From contig CM082577.2 in assembly GCA_040954595.2 (NCBI GenBank), positions 16,003,903-16,067,902 on the forward strand: a stretch of DNA of 64,000 bases, read 5' to 3'. The DNA is from Balanoglossus misakiensis. Taxonomy: Eukaryota; Animalia; Hemichordata. Shown here piece by piece: positions 12,801-22,487 of the stretch (position 1 is the stretch's first letter; the number at the start of each line of letters is the position of its first letter). The notes beneath the pieces are model-generated. The model made no database searches. It was not told where the DNA came from and was given only the letters and a program-made list of their open reading frames with translations. The position numbers and the translations under genes were made by a program.

Positions 12801-15800
12801 CAGTTAAATGCCCATTGCTGTTGAAACATTTTCCACATACTTTGCATTCATGTGGTCTTTCTTGGGTATGGACTCTCAAGTGTGCTGTTAAGGTCCCATT
12901 TGGGTGAAACATTTTCCACATGTTCTGCATTCATATGGTCTTTCTTTGGCATGGACTCTCAAGTGTGCTGTTAAGTCCCCATCTTGGGTGAAACATGTTC
13001 TGCATACATATGGTCTTTCTTGGGTATGGACTCTCAAATGCACTGTTAAATGCCCATTGCTGTTGAAACATTTTCCACATACTTTGCATTCATATGGTCT
13101 TTCTTGGGTATGGACTCTCAAGTGTGCTGTTAAATGCCCATTGCTGTTGAAACATTTTCCACATACTTTGCATTCATATGGTCTTTCGTGGGTATGGACT
13201 CTCAAGTGTGCTGTTAAGTCCCCATTTTGGGTGAAACATGTTCTGCATACATATGGTCTTTCTTAGGTATGGACTCTCAAATGCACTGTTAAATGCCCAT
13301 TGCTGTTGAAACATTTTCCACATACTTTGCATTCATATGGTCTTTCTTGGGTATGGACTCTCAAGTGTGCTGTTAAATGCCCATTGCTGTTGAAACATTT
13401 TCCACATACTTTGCATTCATATTCTCTTTTGAGGGTATTGACTCTCAAGTGTGCTGTTAAATGCCCATTACCTTTCAAACATTTACCACATACTTTGCAT
13501 TCATATGGTCTTTCTTGGGTATGGACTCTCAATTGTGCTGTTAAATGCCCATTGCTGTTGAAACATTTTCCACATACTTTGCATTCATATGGTCTTTTGT
13601 GGGTATTGACTCTCAAGTGTGCTGTTAAATGCCCATTGCTGTTGAAACATTTTCCACATATTTTGCATTCATATGGTCTTTTGTGGGTATTGACTCTCAA
13701 GTGTTCTGTTAAATGCCCATTGCTGTTGAAACATTTTCCACATACTTTGCATTTATGTGGTCTTTCTTGGGTATGGACTCTCAAGTGTGCTGTTAAGTCC
13801 CCATTTTGGGTGAAACATGTTCTGCATACATATGGTCTTTCTTGGGTATGGACTCTCAAATGCACTGTTAAATGCCCATTGCTGTTAAAACATTTTCCAC
13901 ATACTTTGCATTCATATGGTCTTTCTTGGGTATGGACTCTCAAGTGTGCTGTTAAATGCCCATTGCTGTTGAAACATTTTCCACATACTTTGCATTCATA
14001 TGGTCTTTTGAGGGTATTGACTCTCAAGTGTGCTGTTAATTGCCCATTACCTTTCAAACATTTACCACATACTTTGCATTCATATGGTCTTTCTTGGGTA
14101 TGGACTCTCAATTGTGCTGTTAAATGCCCATTGCTGTTGAAACATTTTCCACATACTTTGCATTCATATGGTCTTTTGTGGGTATTGACTCTCAAGTGTG
14201 CTGTTAAATGCCCATTGCTGTTGAAACATTTTCCACATATTTTGCATTCATATGGTCTTTTGTGGGTATTGACTCTCAAGTGTGCTGTTAAATGCCCATT
14301 GCTGTTGAAACATTTTCCACATACTTTGCATTTATGTGGTCTTTCTTGGGTATGGACTCTCAAGTGTGCTGTTAAGTCCCCATTTTGGGTGAAACATGTT
14401 CTGCATACATATGGTCTTTCTTGGGTATGGACTCTCAAATGCACTGTTAAATGCCCATTGCTGTTGAAACATTTTCCACATACTTTGCATTCATATGGTC
14501 TTTCTTGGGTATGGACTCTCAAGTGTGCTGTTAAATGCCCATTGCTGTTGAAACATTTTCCACAGACTTTGCATTCATATGGTCTTTCAAGGGTATGGAC
14601 TCTCAAGTGTGCTGTTAAGTCCCCATTTTGGGTGAAACATGTTCTGCATACATATGGTCTTTCTTGGGTATGGACTCTCAAATGCACTGTTAAATGCCCA
14701 TTGCTGTTGAAATTTTTCCACATACTTTGCATTCATATGGTCTTTCTTGGGTATGGACTCTTGAATGTGCTGTTAAATGCCCATTGCTGTTGAAACATTT
14801 TCCACATACTTTGCATTCATGTGGCCTTTCTTGGGTATGGACTCTCAAGTGTGCTGTTAAATTCCCATTTTGGATGAAACATTTTCCACATGTTCTGCAT
14901 TCATATGGTCTTTCGTGGGTATCGACTCTCAAGTGTGCTGTTAAATGCCCATTACCGTTGAAACATTTTCCACATACTTTGCATTCATATGGTCTTTCTT
15001 GGGTATGGACTCTCAAGTGTGCTGTTAAATGCCCATTGCTGTTGAAACATTTTCCACATACTTTGCATTCATATGGTCTTTTGAGGGTATTGACTCTCAA
15101 GTGTGCTGTTAAATGCCCATTACCTTTCAAACATTTACCACATACTTTGCATTCATATGGTCTTTCTTGGGTATGGACTCTCAATTGTGCTGTTAAATGC
15201 CCATTGCTGTTGAAACATTTTCCACATACTTTGCATTCATATGGTCTTTTGTGGGTATTGACTCTCAAGTGTGCTGTTAAATGCCCATTGCTGTTGAAAC
15301 ATTTTCCACATATTTTGCATTCATATGGTCTTTTGTGGGTATTGACTCTCAAGTGTGCTGTTAAATGCCCATTGCTGTTGAAACATTTTCCACATACTTT
15401 GCATTTATGTGGTCTTTCTTGGGTATGGACTCTCAAGTGTGCTGTTAAGTCCCCATTTTGGGTGAAACATGTTCTGCATACATATGGTCTTTCTTGGGTA
15501 TGGACTCTCAAATGCACTGTTAAATGCCCATTGCTGTTAAAACATTTTCCACATACTTTGCATTCATATGGTCTTTCTTGGGTATGGACTCTCAAGTGTG
15601 CTGTTAAATGCCCATTGCTGTTGAAACATTTTCCACATACTTTGCATTCATATGGTCTTTTGAGGGTATTGACTCTCAAGTGTGCTGTTAATTGCCCATT
15701 ACCTTTCAAACATTTACCACATACTTTGCATTCATATGGTCTTTCTTGGGTATGGACTCTCAATTGTGCTGTTAAATGCCCATTGCTGTTGAAACATTTT

Positions 15801-18041
15801 CCACATACTTTGCATTCATATGGTCTTTTGTGGGTATTGACTCTCAAGTGTGCTGTTAAATGCCCATTGCTGTTGAAACATTTTCCACATATTTTGCATT
15901 CATATGGTCTTTTGTGGGTATTGACTCTCAAGTGTGCTGTTAAATGCCCATTGCTGTTGAAACATTTTCCACATACTTTGCATTTATGTGGTCTTTCTTG
16001 GGTATGGACTCTCAAGTGTGCTGTTAAGTCCCCATTTTGGGTGAAACATGTTCTGCATACATATGGTCTTTCTTGGGTATGGACTCTCAAATGCACTGTT
16101 AAATGCCCATTGCTGTTGAAACATTTTCCACATACTTTGCATTCATATGGTCTTTCTTGGGTATGGACTCTCAAGTGTGCTGTTAAATGCCCATTGCTGT
16201 TGAAACATTTTCCACAGACTTTGCATTCATATGGTCTTTCAAGGGTATGGACTCTCAAGTGTGCTGTTAAGTCCCCATTTTGGGTGAAACATGTTCTGCA
16301 TACATATGGTCTTTCTTGGGTATGGACTCTCAAATGCACTGTTAAATGCCCATTGCTGTTGAAATTTTTCCACATACTTTGCATTCATATGGTCTTTCTT
16401 GGGTATGGACTCTTGAATGTGCTGTTAAATGCCCATTGCTGTTGAAACATTTTCCACATACTTTGCATTCATGTGGCCTTTCTTGGGTATGGACTCTCAA
16501 GTGTGCTGTTAAATTCCCATTTTGGATGAAACATTTTCCACATGTTCTGCATTCATATGGTCTTTCGTGGGTATCGACTCTCAAGTGTGCTGTTAAATGC
16601 CCATTACCGTTGAAACATTTACCACATACTTTGCATTCATGTGGTCTTTCTTGGGTATGGACTCTCAAGTGTGCTGTTAAATTCCCATTTTGGGTGAAAC
16701 ATTTTCCACAGGTTCTGAATTCATATGGTCTTTCTTGGGTATGGACTCTCAAATGCACTGTTAAATGCCCATTGCTGTTGAAACATTTTCCACATACTTT
16801 GCATTCATGTGGTCTTTCTTGGGGATGGACTTTCAAGTGTGCTGTTAAATTCCCATTTTTGCTGAAACATTTTCCACATGTTCTGCATTTATACAGTCTT
16901 TCTTTGGTATATGGACTCTCAAATGCACAGTTAAATGCCCATTGCTGTTGAAACATTTTCCACATACTTTCCATTCATGTGGTCTTTCTTGGGTATGGAC
17001 TCTCAAGTGTGCTGTTAAGGTCCCATTTCGGGCGAAAGATTTTCCACATGTTATGCATTCATATGGTCTTTCTTTGGTATGCACTCTCAAATGCACTGTT
17101 AAATGCCCATTGCTGTTGAAACATTTTCCACATACTTTGCATTCATATGGTCTTTGGTGGGTATGGACTCTCAACTGTGCTGTTAAGTCCCCATTTTGGG
17201 TGAAACATGTTCTGCATTCATATGGTCTCTCTTGCGTATGGACTCTCAAATGCACTGTTAAACGCCCATTGCTGCTGAAACATTTTCCACATACTTTGCA
17301 TTCATATGGTCTTTCTTCGGTATGGACTCTCAAGTGTGCTGTTAAATGCCCATTGCTGTTGAAACATTTTCCACATACTTTGCATTCATATGGTCTTTCA
17401 TGGGTATCGACTCTCAAGTGTGCTGTTAAATGCCCATTACCGTTGAAACATTTTCCACATACTTTGCATTCATGTGGTCTTTCTTGGGTATGGACTCTCA
17501 AGTGTGCTGTTAAGTCCCCATTTGGGTGAAACATTTTCCACATGTTCTGCATTCATATGGTTTTTCTTTGGCATGGACTCTCAAGTGTGCTGTTAAGTCC
17601 CCATTTTGGGTGAAACATGTTCTGCATACATATGGTCTTTCATGGGTATGGACTCTCAAATGCACTGTTAAATGCCCATTGCTGTTAAAACATTTTCCAC
17701 ATACTTTGCATTCATATGGTCGTTCTTGGGTATGGACTCTCAAGTGTGCTGTTAAATGCCCATTGCTGTTGAAACATTTTCCACATACTTTGCATTCATA
17801 TGGTCTTTTGTGGGTATTGACTCTCAAGTGTGCTGTTAAATGCCCATTACCTTTGAAACATTTACCACATACTTTGCATTCATATGGTCTTTCTTGGGTA
17901 TGGACTCTCAATTGTGCTGTTAAATGCCCATTGCTGTTGAAACATTTTCCACATACTTTGCATTCAAATGGTCTTTTGTGGGTATCGACTCTCAAGTGTG
18001 CTGTTAAATGCCCATTACCGTTGAAACCTTTACCACATACT
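3882..18041 (-). pseudogene. Giant tandem C2H2 zinc-finger array (roughly 170 units), interrupted by frameshifts and stops, 5'-truncated
   Basis: Continuous YECKVCGKCFNSNGHLTAHLRVHTQERP-type units. Longest open segment is 14690..16384. The array begins abruptly mid-finger at ~18041 with no effector domain. Confidence 0.93.
4005..18041. repeat. 84-bp coding minisatellite (with a 75-bp variant) and higher-order duplications
   Basis: Near-identical 84-bp units; the 75-bp unit lacks GKC. ORF offsets give block periods of 2240 bp (4496/6736, 4738/6978, 5512/7752), 1652 bp (14732/16384) and 1230 bp (9579/10809). Confidence 0.95.
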
Positions 18042-18127
18042 CTGAGGATCTTGAGGTCTTTCTCTTGCAACAGGTGCAACCCATCACCCACACCCCATCA
18101 TTTCTAGTCACCACCACCTGGTGGTGG

Positions 18128-18318
18128 TTTCAAAGTCCGTATACTCCAACTGATGTTTCCGAGTACAATGAATGTTATTATTGATATATGGAAGGAGACC
18201 CCTACCCATTCCAGAAATTCTATCCTTTATGTATAAATCAAAACCAGGCACAGCAAAATCAAGACTTGCATGAGATTCCCCAAGAAAGGTTTCCACTAAA
18301 ATTAAAATATCGAAGGAT
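18128..18318 (-). mobile_element. Second LINE endonuclease fragment, inverted copy of 1477..1668
   Basis: ETFLGESHASLDFAVPGFDLYIKDRISGMGRGLLPYINNNIHCTRKHQLEYTDFE; the reverse complement aligns to 1477..1668 with scattered mismatches. Confidence 0.8.
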
Positions 18319-18579
18319 GTCGACTTTTATGATTCATCATGGATGTCACGGAAGAGAAAGTGCCTTCAAGTGTAATGCATATGTGGACAGTGCTGTAAAG
18401 ACAGAGTGGAGTTTAACGCTCATATTATAACCGGTCATTTTATGTAGAAGTATAGAGTGGTAGTATTTACAGAGTTCTTTCTGGTGTTGGTAAATGGGTT
18501 AACCCTTTCACCCCTGTCTTCATATATAGAGGTCCAACACTGCCATTGAGAACAATGGCAGTGGACCAAACCATATTGG

Positions 18580-18747
18580 CAAAAAGTTACCAACGGAGTT
18601 CTTTCACCTTTTCCCCACTAGGGTTGAAAAGTCGCAGCGCCAACCGTAGTACCTACCAGGTTAGTAACCGGTATTTACTACAATTGGCGCTGCGACTTTT
18701 CAACCCTAGTGGGGAAAAGGTGAAAGAACTCCGTTGGTAACTTTTTG
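18580..18747. repeat. 168-bp hairpin with perfect 64-bp arms
   Basis: 18580..18643 is the exact reverse complement of 18684..18747; the 40-bp spacer is itself an imperfect stem (gtagta/tactac, ggtt/aacc). Confidence 0.95.
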
Positions 18748-19886
18748 AGGGAAAGTAGTCGGAGTACTCGCTATCGTTCAAGTTGCGTTGCGGCTTTCCG
18801 CTTGAAACTTACAGGAGTAGTGCGGACACCCAAGTGCTTTCAGTTTTCAACACTTGCACCAAAAAAATGTCTTCATTAGTTTTTCTGGTGGGAGACAGAG
18901 AACTAGTGGCAGTCGAGAGAAAACTGGGAATGAATCTCCAGTTGTTCCGGTAAAACTTGTAATATTTATTGAAGTTCGGACAGCTGGGGCCAAGTTCAAG
19001 AGACACAGTGAGGGGAATTTTCCGTTACTGTGCCGTTTTTTCCTGTACACGTTTCAAGGAAAATTTCACAACTTATTTTCTGTGTTGTTTTACGTGTACT
19101 TTGTCTTACCGTATTTTTGTGTGTACGGGCGAACTTCCAAACACGGCAAGGTAAGATTTGCAGTTATACTTCCTAGCCCATTATACTGCCGTTGTGTGTG
19201 TACGGGTAGCGTGGAAAGTAAATTTCTGCTAATATTGGTGCAGACATTGCATAGACGAGGAAGCCATTTTTGACGAGGAAGCCATTTTCGTCAAGGAAGC
19301 CAGTTCTGTACACCGCACTTTTCGTGATAGTCTTGCAGACTTTTTGTGCCATATTAACGTCATAGTTTTACGTACCTTTTGTGCGGACAAGTTCCAGCTT
19401 TCAGACTTGTTTTTTATCTGCTATTTTTTACTTCTGAAAAGTGTTGCTTTAACAATTTCCACTTTGTTTCGCATTTTTACTAGTTGTACCACACAGTACA
19501 GAACTGTTTAACCTCAGCATTTGGTAAGTTTTGAAAATGTTCAATTATTCGCTTATTTCAATGATAATTGGTGTCGCATTGTATTACTCAGTATTATTGC
19601 GGGTTTTATTATTGTGTGCCGTTCCAATTATGGTATTATTGATATCAGTCGTACTTATTATCACATTATATTACTCTGTATAATTGCGGATTCTATTATT
19701 GTTATGATATAATTGATTGGTCATTGTCATTGATTGTTCTTGTGACAATTTGATCAATTTGTGTATTGCTCAGTAAATATTGCGAGTAATTTCACCTTGT
19801 TAAATATTACTCTGTCCTTGTGTGGGTAATATATATCCGACAACGGTATCTGCAATTTCCATCTCAATAATTTCCAACGCGCCATC

Positions 19887-21554
19887 ATGAAAGTCAACGT
19901 CAACACCAGTACTCTAGGAACTCTTCAATGTCTACCAGGAGTGGGACGGAAAATAGCCAAGGCGAATCTGCGATTACGTGAAGAACATGGCTATGTAACT
20001 TATGAGATGGTATGCAGTATTCCTAGGTTCAAAGCATCCGAAGAATTCATGGATATGGCTGACTTCGAACCACCAGGTGCTTCAGCCAAACCACCAGTGA
20101 ACACAAGTACCCATCCCGCCCCGTTCTGGGAAGATGAGGAAGACAGCGATAGTGATGAAGATAGCATGAAGGAATGGATGGAAAAGATTGACAAGGTCAC
20201 GAAAGAACGCGAAAGCAGACATTTACAGCGATCTTCACGCCATCAGCAACCCAAAGCACCTATTCGATCGAGGCGATTTGACGAACCAGACTCTACGCAG
20301 GATAGGGTAAGTCAACATCATACCGACTCTCGGGGGTATGATAGGTCATTCAATCCTGCGTACAGGCCAGATGCTCCTGCGTATAGTAGACCATATACAA
20401 GAAGTGTTCGCGATGAACAGCGATATGCGACCTGGCCTGAAGAGGAGCAGAATTATCGTCCATCACGGGTGAATGTGTCGAGACCACGAGCGGGTACATC
20501 ACCGGAGTATTATGATGGCCATTATCCGACAGATTTCGCTCCTCCCAGAACTCAACCCTACTGCCAACATGATAACCGGATGGACAGATCAAGTCATCGT
20601 CACATCCTGATGTCAGTTCCCAGGACGCTAATTTACGATGGCTCCGGAAATTGGCAGGCATATCAGGTAAAATTCACAAAATTTGCCGAGATGCAGGACA
20701 TGTCATTTAATGAATGCAAAAGTTATCTGTGCTGGTGCTTAGAGGGAAAAGCAAGTGAAGTTCATATCAGGATCCTCCAGAAAAACGAAGACGTAACCTA
20801 TCAGGAGCTGCTCAAAAAACTGGAGAAAAGATTCGGCTTGAAAGAGATTCCACAATCCAGTCAGCTTCAGTTCGCCCAGATCCGACAGAACACCGAGGAG
20901 AAATTAGAAGAATGGGCGGACAGGGTTTATTTACTTGCGATGCAGGCATTTCAAGAAAGCAGCGATGCCACCATAGAGCTTCAAGCTGTGGTGCGCTTTT
21001 GCCAAGTATGTTGTGATCGGGAAGCAGGACAATGGGCAGCAAATCAGCCTCCAACTTCCATCGAAGCAGCGATCGACACCGTCAAACGATTCCAGTATAA
21101 TCATCAAGCAATCTATGGCATCCGATCGCAGAGGCGGGGAGTGCGATTTGTAAGTTCTGATCCGGAATACCCGAAAACCAACATCGAAGCACGATCTGTA
21201 TCCAGGTACGAGCGAAACCAATCACCCTCTCCTGAAAGAGCTCCCATCCGCTCGAGAAGCAACGACGGAGGATTTGAGATGCAGGGGAGGATGTCGCGGC
21301 TGGAGACGCAGACGTCGGCAATCAGCGCAATTTTGCAGACCGTCACCACCCAACTGGCCGAATTAACCAAAGTGGTGACAACGCAGCAGACATCAAGATA
21401 CCGATCCCCATCTCCGAGAAGCCGTGGTTGCTATGGGTGTGGCGAGACAGCCCATTTTAAGAGGGAATGTCCCCGTGGAACATCGGAAAAGAAGGAAACA
21501 GCGCCGGCCAGTCCATTAAACACCAAAGGGTCAAGCCCAGAGGCCAAAGTTTGA
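19887..21554 (+). CDS. Ty3/Gypsy-type Gag with N-terminal HhH (ComEA-like) domain and CCHC zinc knuckle
   Basis: N-terminus VNVNTSTLGTLQCLPGVGRKIAK..LRLREEHG (HhH); capsid-like YDGSGNWQAYQVKF...L.G.A...LEKRFG...RQNTEEKLEEWADR; knuckle CYGCGETAHFKREC; strong ATG context gccatcATG; intact 555 aa. Confidence 0.85.
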   Translation: MKVNVNTSTLGTLQCLPGVGRKIAKANLRLREEHGYVTYEMVCSIPRFKASEEFMDMADFEPPGASAKPPVNTSTHPAPFWEDEEDSDSDEDSMKEWMEKIDKVTKERESRHLQRSSRHQQPKAPIRSRRFDEPDSTQDRVSQHHTDSRGYDRSFNPAYRPDAPAYSRPYTRSVRDEQRYATWPEEEQNYRPSRVNVSRPRAGTSPEYYDGHYPTDFAPPRTQPYCQHDNRMDRSSHRHILMSVPRTLIYDGSGNWQAYQVKFTKFAEMQDMSFNECKSYLCWCLEGKASEVHIRILQKNEDVTYQELLKKLEKRFGLKEIPQSSQLQFAQIRQNTEEKLEEWADRVYLLAMQAFQESSDATIELQAVVRFCQVCCDREAGQWAANQPPTSIEAAIDTVKRFQYNHQAIYGIRSQRRGVRFVSSDPEYPKTNIEARSVSRYERNQSPSPERAPIRSRSNDGGFEMQGRMSRLETQTSAISAILQTVTTQLAELTKVVTTQQTSRYRSPSPRSRGCYGCGETAHFKRECPRGTSEKKETAPASPLNTKGSSPEAKV

Positions 21555-22221
21555 CCCAACAACCCATAACCTATGGCCTTAACGCTTCCACGGAGGGCGA
21601 TCGCAATTGTGATATTGACGTGCCATCGCCATCAGCTAAACTGGTAATACCTGATGTCAATACACATTGTGCAGATGTGTATACAACGACTATACCAACT
21701 CCAACTGATGATATGTGATGTTAAGTTTTCTGTCGGCATGTTTAGGTAGTGCAGGGGATCTTGGTTGATTTCATTCATTCGCACATACGTTCGGCATCTC
21801 CCTAATGTCTTTTGTCCAACAATAGACCAAATAATATTTTCGCCCCTGTGCTTGTATATAAATGTACATCAAATTTGGCTAGTAACATCATTCTACATTC
21901 GACGTCTACCAAAGCTACACTCTCTCGATCTACTGCAATACTATGGAGCATCTCCGAAAGAACCATCAACAAGCCTGGCAGACCTAGATGCTGTGCAACA
22001 ACGTTAACAGATTTCCGAAAAAAAAACTATTTTAAAGTGGCACTTATCGCATTTTTCCTCGACCCAATCACCAGCAAAAGAAAATATCTCATCCATGGAA
22101 CAGAGCTGCTGAGAACTTCGGTGACCCAAAATGTAGACACTATCCTCACCGGCTCATAACCACCACCCATTATGCCAGATGTCTCTACACTTTAATTTAT
22201 AGTGTACCTGATATCGAAAGT

Positions 22222-22487
22222 TTGCTCCTTGACATTCGCGAGACAAGAGAAGGGTCGGTTTCAAAACTTAGTGACAAACGGTTACGCAGACTGATACCAA
22301 AGTCAGTTCTTCACACGGAGAAGCGCGGACATCCACTTCGGAGGAAGGATGACAAGAAACCAGACTGGTGGCCGGCTGATGTACCCTACGGCAATCCTAG
22401 CAAACCAGGGAATGCAGGTGGCCGTGGATGGACTGAAATCATGAAGAAAACGGTCAGGTCCTGCTATACATGTGTTTGAAAAAACTG
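22222..22487 (+). pseudogene. NRF1/EWG/P3A2-like DNA-binding domain fragment
   Basis: LRRLIP...KPDWWPADVPYGN...WTEIMKKTVRSCY parallels NRF1 LRAFIP...KPIWWPEDIPWAN...WTQALRTIVKNCY. Donor GTGAGT at 22488, with a stop just before it. Confidence 0.65.

Noticed and set aside
4005-18041. CRISPR-like array, or a PRDM9 gene call
   Set aside because: The units are contiguous coding repeats without unique spacers and there are no cas genes; no SET, KRAB or SSXRD domain is visible, so no gene symbol is assigned.
4009-18107. Long plus-strand ORFs (KHFPHTLHSYGLSWVWTLKC...) across the array
   Set aside because: These are the well-known antisense shadow of C2H2 codons and break at the same indels; there is no independent evidence for them.
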